Shown: positions 16,724-26,171 of the stretch, piece by piece
Layout: each line of letters begins with the position of its first letter
Position numbering within the stretch: the first letter of the stretch is position 1
Source: an uncultured Oscillospiraceae bacterium
Lineage (GTDB): Bacteria; Bacillota; Clostridia; Oscillospirales; Oscillospiraceae
DNA length: 64,000 nucleotides
Direction: 5' to 3'
NCBI GenBank assembly: GCA_934597255.1
Contig: CAKTQV010000005.1
Span: 55,712 to 119,711, forward strand
Made by a program: the position numbers and the translations under genes
Notes under the pieces: model-generated
The model's input: only the letters and a program-made list of their open reading frames with translations
Told to the model about the DNA's origin: nothing
The model's database searches: none

Positions 16724-19048
16724 TCAGCTGTTGGCCGCGACCCACTCGTCGTAGGTCATGGGGCAGCCGGTGTTGAGCATGCCGTTCCACAGCATCTCCG
16801 CCGGGAAGCTCTCATAATCGCCGGCATAGATCAGGGGCATGAACTCGTTTTCCACGATATCCTCGGTCATGGTGTCGTTGGCGGCGTCCTCCGCCTTGAG
16901 CCACTCATGCAGATATTCGTTGTAGGCGTCGACGGACAGATCGGCCGCACCGGTCTCGCCGCTGGCCTCGCCGGAGGTCTCGTTCGGCTCGATCTTGTAA
17001 AGGCCGTTGGCCAGCACTTCGATCTTTCCGTTGACGGTGGAGCTGTCGTCCACGTCCAGCACAGAGACATAGCTCGTCTCGGTCACGTTCCAGACGGAGC
17101 CGTTCTTCAGCGTGACGATGACGCCGTTGTTGACCGTTTCGCTCGGATAGCAGGTGACGCGGCCAAGGTTCTCGCGGCAGCCGTAGGTCAGGCCGTCCTC
17201 GCTCACGATGGTCTCGTCGCCGTAGGGCAGCGTGCGCTCCACGCCGTCCACGTCGTGCTCGCACCAGCCGGAGGAGATGACGCCGGTCAGCTCAGAGCCG
17301 TCAAGCGTGAGAACAAGGTTCTTGGAAGTGAACTGGTGGCAGTTGAAGATGTCGCCCTCAAGAGCGGTCTCGCCGGCGCAGTCCTCGAAGTAGGCCTCCA
17401 CGGCCTCGTTGTAGTTATACTCGGTGCCGGCCGTCCACATGGTGCTGGCAGGGCCCCAGTTGTCGCGCTTGGTAACGTCGAAGTCCTCGTCCTTCGGGGC
17501 GATGGAATCGTCGAAGGTGATCTCCGTGCCGCCGAGGGAGCCGGGATCGTCGGAGTCGAACGCCAGAACGAGCACGGGCGCGTCGATCTTGCAGTCGCGC
17601 ACATACAGGTTCGAGCCGGTCGCGCCCATCATCATGGTGGAGGAGGCGGCGTTGTCGTCGATGTTCTCCTGGGTGTAGCCGTCGCCGGTGCCCTTGTAGA
17701 TAAAGGCGATCTCGCCGGCGTTGAGCTCGGAGTCGGCGCAGTAGGTGATGCCGCCGGCGTTGGAGTGGCACATCACGATGCTCTTGCGGGCATTGACGAC
17801 CGTGCCGTTGACATAGGCGGAGGAAGCGTATTCGTTGGCTTCCACGTTGCCGTAGTCGGCGTTGACAAGGCAGTTGGAGTAAACGTTGATGTTCGCGCCG
17901 ATGGAGTAGGAGGAGTAGCCGGTGCCGCCCTCATCCATATCGAGAATGTTCAGCTCGCAGTTGCACAGGGTGTTCTTGCCGGAGAAGTAGTAAAGGCTGT
18001 AGTCGTTGGTCTGGGGCAGCGCGGTAAGATCTTCCTCGGTCTCGACCGCGGCGAGCTGCGCCAGATAATCGTCCGTCAGGCCGGTGGCGGCCACGGCGAA
18101 CTCGTTGAGACCCATGATCTCGCCGGAGGCGTCGGCATAGCCCTTGCCCTCGACATAGGCCGCGCTCAGCTCACGGAGATCCTCGGCCGTGGGCGCCTCG
18201 GTGCCGTCCACGGACAGGCAGGCCCAGCCGAACGAGTCGATGCGGGTGTTGGCATAATAAACGTCGTAGTAGTCGCAGAACTGGCAGGTGCGCACGACGC
18301 CATGCAGGCCCAGCACCCAGACGGAGCAGTCCTCACCCTCGGGGTCGCCCAGAGAGGTGAAAACGGAGTCGGTCACATAGATGGTGGGATAGGAGTCATG
18401 CGTGGACAGGCCGCCGTACAGGCAGGTACGGGTGACGCCGTCGCCGGTCACGTTCACATTGTTGATGTACAGAACGCTGTCGCCGGTGGCCGCGATGGCG
18501 CAGCCGTCGCCGGTGAAGTCGTTGCCGCCGGACTCATGGTTGCCGGTCTGAAGGATCTCGAAGTCGGAATCGTCGATGCGGTAGGTGCCGCCGTTGACCG
18601 TGACCACGCTCATGTTGGGATCGTCCACGACGATATCGGCGTCGGCAAGGCCCTTTTCGTCAAAGCTCCCGTTGACCGCCGCGTCCGCCGCGTAAGCGCC
18701 GTCCGCCGTGCGGACGATCAGGGACTTCGTGCTGTAGTCGGAAGTGCCGTCGTTCGACTCGGTCATCTTCACGGGCGTGAACACGACCTCGCCGGTGTAG
18801 CGGCCGGGCGCCTGCGGCGTGTACTGGCCGTCCACCGTCATGACGATGAAATAGCCCTCCGCGCCGGTATAGCCCGCGTTATCCGCGATGGTCAGACCGT
18901 TGGGATAGCTTTTGACCTCCGTAAGCTCCTCGTAGCGGGACAGCGTCTCGCCGGAAGGCTCGCCCGAGCCGGCCAGGGCAAAGCCGCCCAGACTCAGCAG
19001 CAGGCACAGCGTCATCAGCACACAGATCAGCTTCCTTGTTCCTTTCAT
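16724..19048 (-). CDS. Large secreted Gly/Asp/Asn/Thr-rich protein, possibly parallel beta-helix fold; unknown function (paralog A)
   Basis: Signal peptide MKGTRKLICVLMTLCLLLSLGGFALAGSGEPSGE. AGGAGG RBS. Shares N-terminal and C-terminal blocks with 49185..50960 (e.g. NGSVWNVTETSYVSVLDVDDSSTVNGKIEV versus EGAVWNVSGESHLDLLTIADGAVINGTITV). Confidence 0.6.
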   Translation of the reverse strand: MKGTRKLICVLMTLCLLLSLGGFALAGSGEPSGETLSRYEELTEVKSYPNGLTIADNAGYTGAEGYFIVMTVDGQYTPQAPGRYTGEVVFTPVKMTESNDGTSDYSTKSLIVRTADGAYAADAAVNGSFDEKGLADADIVVDDPNMSVVTVNGGTYRIDDSDFEILQTGNHESGGNDFTGDGCAIAATGDSVLYINNVNVTGDGVTRTCLYGGLSTHDSYPTIYVTDSVFTSLGDPEGEDCSVWVLGLHGVVRTCQFCDYYDVYYANTRIDSFGWACLSVDGTEAPTAEDLRELSAAYVEGKGYADASGEIMGLNEFAVAATGLTDDYLAQLAAVETEEDLTALPQTNDYSLYYFSGKNTLCNCELNILDMDEGGTGYSSYSIGANINVYSNCLVNADYGNVEANEYASSAYVNGTVVNARKSIVMCHSNAGGITYCADSELNAGEIAFIYKGTGDGYTQENIDDNAASSTMMMGATGSNLYVRDCKIDAPVLVLAFDSDDPGSLGGTEITFDDSIAPKDEDFDVTKRDNWGPASTMWTAGTEYNYNEAVEAYFEDCAGETALEGDIFNCHQFTSKNLVLTLDGSELTGVISSGWCEHDVDGVERTLPYGDETIVSEDGLTYGCRENLGRVTCYPSETVNNGVIVTLKNGSVWNVTETSYVSVLDVDDSSTVNGKIEVLANGLYKIEPNETSGEASGETGAADLSVDAYNEYLHEWLKAEDAANDTMTEDIVENEFMPLIYAGDYESFPAEMLWNGMLNTGCPMTYDEWVAANS

Positions 19049-19085
19049 GGGTTCCTCCTTACAAAATTAGGTCTTTGGCCTCTTA

Positions 19086-19115
19086 ATTGTATGGCTTTCG
19101 TGAAAGCAATGTCAA
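19086..19115 (-). promoter_or_regulatory. Sigma-A promoter TTGACA-18-TACAAT for the secreted-protein gene
   Basis: Read on the minus strand. AGGAGG RBS follows. Confidence 0.5.
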
Positions 19116-19210
19116 GCGTTTTGGGACAGGTCAGGCAGACAAAAAAACCTCGTTTTTATGTCGATTTTGACGAAAACAAATAAACACAGACGCTCTCACT
19201 CGTGCAAAAA

Positions 19211-19247
19211 GCAAAAAGAACAGGGCTGAAAAGCCCTGTTCTTTTTG
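19211..19247 (-). terminator. Bidirectional-looking rho-independent terminator downstream of prsA
   Basis: GAACAGGGC-TGAAAA-GCCCTGTTC flanked by an A-run and a T-run. Confidence 0.7.
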
Positions 19248-19270
19248 CGGGACCGCACCGCCCGTCCGGC

Positions 19271-20530
19271 TCAGCCAAGCGTGGCAAACAGGCGGGCCAG
19301 GTCGATGGTGTCAAAGCCGTCCGTCCATTCGACGGACACGTCCTCCGCCGCCTTGCTGTTCGTCTGGCTGAAGATGTTGTTGAGCACATAGTCGCGCAGC
19401 GTCACGTCGTAGCCGTAGCGGTTCTGCCCCAGCACGCCGTCCGGGTCGAGCGGAAGGCGCAGGATGATGTGATAGCCGAAATCGCTTTCGACCACGCCGC
19501 TGAGCCCAAGATCGTCGTCCAGCGCCTGGACGGCCTGTTCAAACTCCTCGACCATCTCTCCCGGCAGGAACACATAGCCGTTGGGATGGGTCTGCAGGCC
19601 GGTGTCCTCGGAATACTCGTTCATGAGCTTGTCGAAATACGCCTCAAAATCGGCGCGGGCCTGCGCGGCGGGATCCTCCGGCTCGCCGGAGGCCTCCGTG
19701 CCGGTCTCCGCCGTTTCCCCGCTCTGCTCCGCCGCGGCAAGCGCCTTTTCCTCGGCGGTCTTCGCCTCGGTCAGCTCGGCCAGCAGATAATCGGCCGTTT
19801 CGGCCTTCTCCGCCGCCGTCGCCTCGTCCAGCGGCTCGCGCGTCTGCGCGTCCACCGTCAGCAGCAGGATGTGCTTGGCCGCCATGTAGCCCTGCTCCGC
19901 CGCCCATTCAACGACCTGCTCATCGTCCACGGACGCGGTGCAGTATTCAAACAGCGACTGCTCGGCCAGCTTGTATTTCGCCAGCTTCAGCTGCAGCTCG
20001 TAGCTGATGCCCGCCTGCGCAAGATACGCGTCCAGCTCCGCGCGCTCCTCCTCGCTCAGCTCGCCGTTGCCGTCGCCGAACATCTGATCCGCCTCCAGCA
20101 GAAGCTCCTGCTCGGCCTGCTCGTCCGTGGGAGTCACGCCGGCCGCGTCCGTCTGGACAAGGATCGTGTGATAATACAGCATATCGTTCTGCGCCAGCGC
20201 AAGGACGACCTGCTCGTTGGTCATGTCGGTGTAATAGGCGTTCAGCGCATCCCAGTCGGTGATCTCGCCAAGCTGGCTCTCCACGCTCTGGCGGCAGTTG
20301 TTCAGCCAGTAGTAATACTCCTCCCAGGTGCATTCAAGCCCGTCGACCGTGCACACGACGGCGTCGGCCAGGTAGCTGTTGGCCGGCGCTTTGCTCTGCT
20401 GGGCCTGCTCGGCCGACTGCTCGGCGGCAGAGATGTTTTCCGCGGAATACTCCTCGATTTTGCTGCCGCAGCCGGCAATGAGCGAAGCCAGCAGCACGGC
20501 GATGAGAATGAGCGCAAGACGTTTTTTCAT
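19271..20530 (-). CDS. prsA: Foldase lipoprotein PrsA (parvulin-type peptidyl-prolyl isomerase)
   Basis: Lipobox LIAGC. PpiC/parvulin motif GVVESDFGYHIILRL. Confidence 0.8.
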   Translation of the reverse strand: MKKRLALILIAVLLASLIAGCGSKIEEYSAENISAAEQSAEQAQQSKAPANSYLADAVVCTVDGLECTWEEYYYWLNNCRQSVESQLGEITDWDALNAYYTDMTNEQVVLALAQNDMLYYHTILVQTDAAGVTPTDEQAEQELLLEADQMFGDGNGELSEEERAELDAYLAQAGISYELQLKLAKYKLAEQSLFEYCTASVDDEQVVEWAAEQGYMAAKHILLLTVDAQTREPLDEATAAEKAETADYLLAELTEAKTAEEKALAAAEQSGETAETGTEASGEPEDPAAQARADFEAYFDKLMNEYSEDTGLQTHPNGYVFLPGEMVEEFEQAVQALDDDLGLSGVVESDFGYHIILRLPLDPDGVLGQNRYGYDVTLRDYVLNNIFSQTNSKAAEDVSVEWTDGFDTIDLARLFATLG

Positions 20531-20689
20531 AATCCTCGATCCTCGGTTTCAAATATTTGGCCTATATCATACCAAATCCCGTCCGATTTGTCCATACATC
20601 CGCCCTTCCCTTGACGGCGGGCGCGGCAAGTGGTATCATGCAGCATGCCATTGGCTTATTATTTTATTTAGTATCCGCGGGAGGCCGTT

Positions 20690-22048
20690 ATGGAAATCAT
20701 CATCGTCGGCGCCGGCAAGGTCGGCTACACCGTGGCGCAGCAGCTCTGCTCCGAGGGGCACAGCGTCACCGTTGTCGACCGCTCTCCGGCGCGTATCGAG
20801 CTTATCAGCGGCAGTCTGGACGCCAACGCCATCTGCGACGAGGCCGGCATCGACAGTCTCCGTCTGGCCGGCGCCGCGCACGCCGACCTTCTCATCGCGG
20901 TCACCAATTCCGACGAGGCGAACATTCTCTGCTGCATGACGGCGCGCAAGCTCGGCGTGAAGCAGGCGGCGGCGCGGGTGCGCCGGGCCGACCGCGCGCG
21001 CGAGGTGTATCTGCTGCGGCAGGAGCTTAGTCTGATGATGACCATCAACCCCGATCAGGCGGCGGCCAAGGAGATATCCCGCGTTCTCCGCTTCCCCTCG
21101 GCCACGATGGTCGAGCCGTTCGCGCGCGGGCAGGCGGAGCTCGTGGAGTTCGCCGTCACGGCGGCCAACCCGCTGTGCGGTCTGGCGCTGAAGGACTTTC
21201 ACGGCGTATACGGCCGCGGCATTCTGATATGCAGCGTCCGCCGCGGCGCGCAGGTGCAGATCCCCGGCGGCGATTTCGTGCTCCGCGCCGGCGACATCGC
21301 CAGCGTGGTGGGCGCGCCGAAGGAGATATACGGCTTTTTCCGCGCCATGGACATCTTCAAGCGCAGCGTCCGCCGCGTGATGATCCTCGGCAGCAGCCAC
21401 ATCGGCCGCTATCTCGCCGGGCAGCTGCTGGAAATGGGCATCCATGTGAAGATCCTTGAGCAGGACGCGGAAAAATGCGAGCAGTGCATCGACGAGCTTC
21501 CCAAGGCGGACATCAGCTGCGCCAACGGCGCCAAGCCCGACGTGCTGCGCGAGGAGGGCATCGGCGAGGCGGACGCCTTCGTGGCGCTGACCGGCTCAGA
21601 CGAGACGAATCTCATCATGGCGGCCTGGGCCAGAAGCCAGGGTGTCGAAAAGGTCGTGTGCAAGGTCAACGAGGCGTATTTTCTGCCGCTGGCGGCGTCG
21701 TTCGGGCTCGACGAGCCCGTGCGGCCGAGCTACATCGCCGCGCAGCAGCTTCTGCGCAGCGTGCGCGGGCTGGAGAACTCCGCCGACGCGAGCGGTCTGG
21801 AGAGTCTGCGGCGCATCGTGGACGGAAAGCTCGAGGCGCTGGAATTTCTCGCGCGGGACGGCTCGCCCTGTCTCGGCGTGAGCCTGCAGAAGCTTCCCAT
21901 CCGCAGCGGCGTTCTGGTCGCGGCCATCATACGCGCCGGCCGCTGCTTCATCCCCGGCGGCGGCGACTGCATCGAAAGCGGCGACCGGGTCATCGCGGTG
22001 TCCGGCCACATGGGCATCCGCGCGCTCGAGGATATTTTAGAGGGCTGA
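20690..22048 (+). CDS. trkA: Trk potassium uptake system protein TrkA (tandem RCK domains)
   Basis: MEIIIVGAGKVGYTVAQQL Rossmann start. A second RCK domain (VMILGSSHIGRYLAGQL). Confidence 0.85.
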   Translation: MEIIIVGAGKVGYTVAQQLCSEGHSVTVVDRSPARIELISGSLDANAICDEAGIDSLRLAGAAHADLLIAVTNSDEANILCCMTARKLGVKQAAARVRRADRAREVYLLRQELSLMMTINPDQAAAKEISRVLRFPSATMVEPFARGQAELVEFAVTAANPLCGLALKDFHGVYGRGILICSVRRGAQVQIPGGDFVLRAGDIASVVGAPKEIYGFFRAMDIFKRSVRRVMILGSSHIGRYLAGQLLEMGIHVKILEQDAEKCEQCIDELPKADISCANGAKPDVLREEGIGEADAFVALTGSDETNLIMAAWARSQGVEKVVCKVNEAYFLPLAASFGLDEPVRPSYIAAQQLLRSVRGLENSADASGLESLRRIVDGKLEALEFLARDGSPCLGVSLQKLPIRSGVLVAAIIRAGRCFIPGGGDCIESGDRVIAVSGHMGIRALEDILEG

Positions 22049-22052
22049 TACG

Positions 22053-23507
22053 GTGAATTATCGCTTTGTAGGACGTATACTGGGACAGGTTCTGCTGATC
22101 GAGGCGGGGCTTCTGCTGCTGCCGCTCGCGGCGGCGGCGCTGGCCGGCGAGAGCGTTCTCCCCTTCCTGTACACGGCGCTGCTGGCCGCGGCGCTCGGCG
22201 GGGCGCTCACGCTGGTGAAGCTGCGCGACCGGGAGTATTACGCGCGCGAGGGCTTCGTGTCCGTGGCGCTCAGCTGGATCGTCATCAGCCTGGTCGGCGC
22301 GCTCCCCTTCGTGCTCTCCGGCGACATCCCCCGCTATGTGGACGCGCTGTTCGAGATCACGTCGGGCTTCACCACCTGCGGCGCGTCGGTCGTTCCCGAC
22401 GTGGAGACGCTCGGCCGCGGCGTGCTGTTCTGGCGCAGCTTTTCCCACTGGATCGGCGGCATGGGCGTGCTGGTGTTCATGCTGGCCGTGATGCCGATGA
22501 GCGAGGAGCGCAGCATGCATCTGGCGCGCGCGGAGATGCCCGGCCCGGTCAAGGGCAAGCTCGTGCCGCGCATGCGCCGCACGGCCCGCATCCTGTACAT
22601 CATTTACATCGCGCTCACCGCGCTGGAGACGGTTCTGCTTCTGTGCGGCGGCATGAGCCTGTTCGACTCGCTCGTTCACGCCTTCGGCACCGCCGGCACC
22701 GGCGGCTTCGGCATCCACGCCGCCTCGGTCGGCTGGTACGACAGCGCGTACATCGACGGCGTGATCACCGCGTTCATGCTGCTGTTCGGCGTCAATTTCA
22801 ACCTGTTTTACCTCATCCTCCTCGGCAGCGGGCTGCGGGCGCTGAAAAACGAGGAGCTCTGGGTCTATGTGGGGCTGGTGCTGTTCGCGGGGCTGTCCAT
22901 CGCGGCCAACATCGCGCCGCTGTACGGCGGCTTTTTCCCCGCCCTGCGCTACTCGTTTTTCCAGACCGCGTCCATCGTGTCCACCACGGGCTACTCCACC
23001 GCCGATTTCAATCTGTGGCCCAGCTATTCCAAGGCCATGCTGCTCCTGCTGCTGATCTCGGGCGCGTGCGCCGGCTCGACCGCCGGCGGCATGAAGATCA
23101 GCCGCGTCGTGCTGGTGGTCAAATACGCCGTGTATGTCGTCGGCAAGCAGCTTTCGCCCCACAGCGTCCGCCGCGTCACGCTCGACGGCGAGCGCATGGA
23201 CGAGGCCACGCTGCGCTCCACCTGCGGCTTCCTCGCGCTGTACTGCATGACCGCGCTGGCGGCCTTCCTGCTTCTGAGCCTGCAGGGCGTGGATCTGGAA
23301 ACGACGGTCACGAGCGTTCTGACCTGCCTTTCAAACGTCGGGCCGGGGCTGGGAATGGCCGGGCCGAGCGGAAGCTTCGCCTTCTGGAGCGCGGGCGCGA
23401 AGCTCGTATTGACGCTGTGCATGCTTCTGGGGCGGCTGGAATTTTACCCGGTCCTGATGCTGCTGGCGCCCGGCGTGTGGACGGGCCGGCGGGACCGGCG
23501 CTTCTGA
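22053..23507 (+). CDS. trkH: Trk potassium uptake system membrane protein TrkH
   Basis: Polytopic protein with TrkH/KtrB selectivity-filter-like TTGY, TAGTGGFG and FEITSGFTTCGAS motifs. GTG start 4 nt after the trkA stop. Confidence 0.8.
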   Translation: MNYRFVGRILGQVLLIEAGLLLLPLAAAALAGESVLPFLYTALLAAALGGALTLVKLRDREYYAREGFVSVALSWIVISLVGALPFVLSGDIPRYVDALFEITSGFTTCGASVVPDVETLGRGVLFWRSFSHWIGGMGVLVFMLAVMPMSEERSMHLARAEMPGPVKGKLVPRMRRTARILYIIYIALTALETVLLLCGGMSLFDSLVHAFGTAGTGGFGIHAASVGWYDSAYIDGVITAFMLLFGVNFNLFYLILLGSGLRALKNEELWVYVGLVLFAGLSIAANIAPLYGGFFPALRYSFFQTASIVSTTGYSTADFNLWPSYSKAMLLLLLISGACAGSTAGGMKISRVVLVVKYAVYVVGKQLSPHSVRRVTLDGERMDEATLRSTCGFLALYCMTALAAFLLLSLQGVDLETTVTSVLTCLSNVGPGLGMAGPSGSFAFWSAGAKLVLTLCMLLGRLEFYPVLMLLAPGVWTGRRDRRF

Positions 23508-23538
23508 AAAAAGTCTTTACGGATAGGAAACACGGATT

Positions 23539-24816
23539 ATGACGATCGCACTGATTCTTTTTGTCCTGATGTATCTGGGGATGCTGATCTTCCCCAAATG
23601 GCGCGTGGCCTTCGCCGTCGGCGGGGCGGTGTGCATGCTGGCCTTCGGCGTGCTGCCCATCGGCGCGGCCCTGCCCGCCATCAACTGGAACGTCATTCTG
23701 ATGATCGCGGGAACGATGGGCCTCGTGAGCCTGTTCATCGAAACGGGCATGCCCGCGCGCCTGGCCGATCTGCTGCTGCAGAAGGCGCCGAACGCCTGCT
23801 GGGCCATCGTGCTGCTGGCCATGTTCGCCGGCGTGGTGTCCGCGTTCGTGGACAACGTGGCCACGGTCCTGATGGTCGCGCCGGTCGGCATCGCCATCAG
23901 CCGGAAGCTGAAGGTCAATCCCGTCCCGGTCATCATCGCCATCGCGGTGTCGTCCAACCTGCAGGGCGCGGCGACGCTCGTCGGCGACACGACGAGCATC
24001 CTGCTCGGCGGCTACGCGGGCATGAGCTTTGTCGATTTCATCTTCTGGCAGGGCAAGTTCTCGATCTTCTGGGCCGTGGAGCTCGGCGCGCTGGGAACGG
24101 CCGTGATCCTGTATTTCCTTTTCCGGAAGGAAACGGCGCCCGTGCTGTCGGACCGCATGACGGCGGTGGACGACTATGTCCCGGGTTATCTCATGATTGT
24201 CGTGGTCGCGCTGCTGATCGCCGCCTCCTTCGTCACGATCCCCGTTCCCGCGCTCGAGGAGCTGAAAAACGGGCTGATCTGCATGGCGGTGTGCCTGTTC
24301 GCGCTCATACGCGGCTGCCTGCGTTCGCGCAGCCTCGCCCCGCTGAAGCTGGTGGCAAAGGAGATGGACTACGCCACGCTCGGTATGCTGGCCGGCCTGT
24401 TCATCGTCATCGCCGCCATTGAAAACGCCGGCATCATCGACGCGGTGGCGGATTTCTTCGCCAGTGTGGGCGGCGGGAGCCTGTTCGGGCTGTATACGCT
24501 GATCGTGTTCGCGTCGGTGCTGCTGTCGGCGTTCATCGACAACATTCCCTACGTCGCGGCCATGCTGCCGGTCGTGCAGGGCATCGCCGCCAATCTCGGC
24601 GTCGACCCCGTCGTGCTGTATTTCGGTCTGCTCACCGGCGCGACGCTCGGCGGCAATCTCACGCCCTTCGGCGCCTCGGCCAACGTCGCCGGCATCGGCA
24701 TTCTCCGCAAGGAGGGCTGCGAGGTCCGCAACCGCGACTTCTTCCGCATCGGCCTTCCGTTCACCTTCACCGCCGTTATCATCGGCTATCTGTTCATCTG
24801 GTTCGTCTGGGGCTGA
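23539..24816 (+). CDS. ArsB/NhaD-superfamily anion permease
   Basis: 425 aa, about 12 TM helices, internal duplication typical of the ArsB/NhaD (citrate-transporter-like) fold. Confidence 0.65.
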   Translation: MTIALILFVLMYLGMLIFPKWRVAFAVGGAVCMLAFGVLPIGAALPAINWNVILMIAGTMGLVSLFIETGMPARLADLLLQKAPNACWAIVLLAMFAGVVSAFVDNVATVLMVAPVGIAISRKLKVNPVPVIIAIAVSSNLQGAATLVGDTTSILLGGYAGMSFVDFIFWQGKFSIFWAVELGALGTAVILYFLFRKETAPVLSDRMTAVDDYVPGYLMIVVVALLIAASFVTIPVPALEELKNGLICMAVCLFALIRGCLRSRSLAPLKLVAKEMDYATLGMLAGLFIVIAAIENAGIIDAVADFFASVGGGSLFGLYTLIVFASVLLSAFIDNIPYVAAMLPVVQGIAANLGVDPVVLYFGLLTGATLGGNLTPFGASANVAGIGILRKEGCEVRNRDFFRIGLPFTFTAVIIGYLFIWFVWG

Positions 24817-24939
24817 TCGCCGCCCCGCTCCGCATCCATCCGTTTGGGAGCCTTTCCGTGGGAAAGGCTCCTTTTTCTTGCATCCTCTCGCTCAAACGAG
24901 TAATATAGACAAAAAGGAACCGTGAAGGGAGCCGGAGCC

Positions 24940-26115
24940 ATGGAATACATATCGGCGCGGGAGGCCGCCGCGCAGTGGAGCGTTCACATCCGCGTGGTGC
25001 AGAGCCTGTGCCGGGACGGGCGCGTGCCGGGCGCACGGAAATACGGCAACGTATGGATGCTGCCGGCGGGCGCGCAGAAGCCGCCCGATCCGCGCCGGGC
25101 GCGGCGGTTCCGGCCGTGGGGCCGCCCGGAATACGACGGCTGCGGCCTTCTGAGCATGGCGGCCGTTCCCCTGCCGAAAAGCGCGCCGGCCTCGCTCGAC
25201 CGGCTCGGCGAGGAGCGGCACCGGCGCCAGCTCGCGGCCGAGTTTTCCTTCCTGCGGGGCAATCTTTCCGCCGGGCTGCACATGTTTCACGACACGGGCC
25301 GCGCCGACGCCATGTCCCTGTGCGCCGCGACGCTGAGCATGGCCGCGGCCAGCCGGACGGACGACTGGATGACCTTCTGCGAAACGGAGGCGTTTCTTCA
25401 GGAGCTGCGCCGCGCCGGAACGGAGCGGGAGCAGCGGCTGGCGGAGCTCGCGCTGGCGACGGCCTCGCTGAGCCTTTTCGCCGCCGATCTTGCGCCGCAG
25501 TGGATCCTGGACGGCGAGCTTTCTCACGCGCCGGAGGACGCACGCGTTCTGTCCGTGTATCTGTACGCCAAGGCGCTGCAGGGCCAGCGCCGCTCCGACG
25601 AGCTGCTGGCCGTGTGCAAAACGGCGCTGGCCTTCTGGGCGCGCGACGACAGCTTCACACTGCTGGACGTTTACCTGTGGCTTTTGTCGGCGGCCGCCTG
25701 CCGCGCGACGGGCGACGGCCGCGGCTGTCTGGACGCGCTGGAAAAGGCGGCCGCGCTGGCGCTTCCCTACGGCTTCATAATGCCGCTGGCCGAATTCCGC
25801 TACACGCTGGAATCGGAGATGGAGGATGTGCTCCTGCGCCGCTGGCCGCCGTATTTTGACGCCGTCTGCTCGATGAGCGAGGAGATGTGGCGCAGCTGGA
25901 ACGTGTTCCACACGCGCTTTGCCCGCAGCCATCTGGCCTCTCTGCTCACGACGCAGGAATACCGCGCCGCTTATCTGATCGCCAAGGGCGCGAGCAACCG
26001 GGACACGGGCCGCGAGCTGGGCCTTTCGCCGCAGGAGCTGAAAAAGCTCATGGCCGGCGTTTACGAAAAGCTGTTCATCTCCGACCGGGACGCGCTGGCC
26101 CGGTATATCCTGTAA
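24940..26115 (+). CDS. Transcriptional regulator with N-terminal HTH and C-terminal LuxR-type HTH
   Basis: C-terminus LTTQEYRAAYLIAKGASNRDTGRELGLSPQELKKLMAGVYEKL is a LuxR/GerE HTH. N-terminus MEYISAREAAAQWSVHIRVVQSLCRDGRVPG resembles an excisionase/MerR-like HTH. AAGGGAG RBS. Confidence 0.65.
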   Translation: MEYISAREAAAQWSVHIRVVQSLCRDGRVPGARKYGNVWMLPAGAQKPPDPRRARRFRPWGRPEYDGCGLLSMAAVPLPKSAPASLDRLGEERHRRQLAAEFSFLRGNLSAGLHMFHDTGRADAMSLCAATLSMAAASRTDDWMTFCETEAFLQELRRAGTEREQRLAELALATASLSLFAADLAPQWILDGELSHAPEDARVLSVYLYAKALQGQRRSDELLAVCKTALAFWARDDSFTLLDVYLWLLSAAACRATGDGRGCLDALEKAAALALPYGFIMPLAEFRYTLESEMEDVLLRRWPPYFDAVCSMSEEMWRSWNVFHTRFARSHLASLLTTQEYRAAYLIAKGASNRDTGRELGLSPQELKKLMAGVYEKLFISDRDALARYIL

Positions 26116-26171
26116 GCGCCATAAGAAAGCGGCGGCCGCCCCCACGGGCGGCCGCCGCTTCCTCTTTTCGG

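Noticed and set aside
14950-16776. 608-aa + strand ORF and the repeated MKRKTGRAEAQPVRPGM / MKKRTGRAEAQPVRPGM starts at 14950 and 16577
   Set aside because: These are the reverse reading of the duplicated terminator/promoter cassette and antisense to the SLH paralogs.
16577-19183. 868-aa + strand ORF
   Set aside because: Antisense to the secreted-protein gene. Gly/Val/Ala-rich mirror of its codons.
19202-20614. 470-aa + strand ORF
   Set aside because: Antisense to prsA, which has lipobox and parvulin motif.
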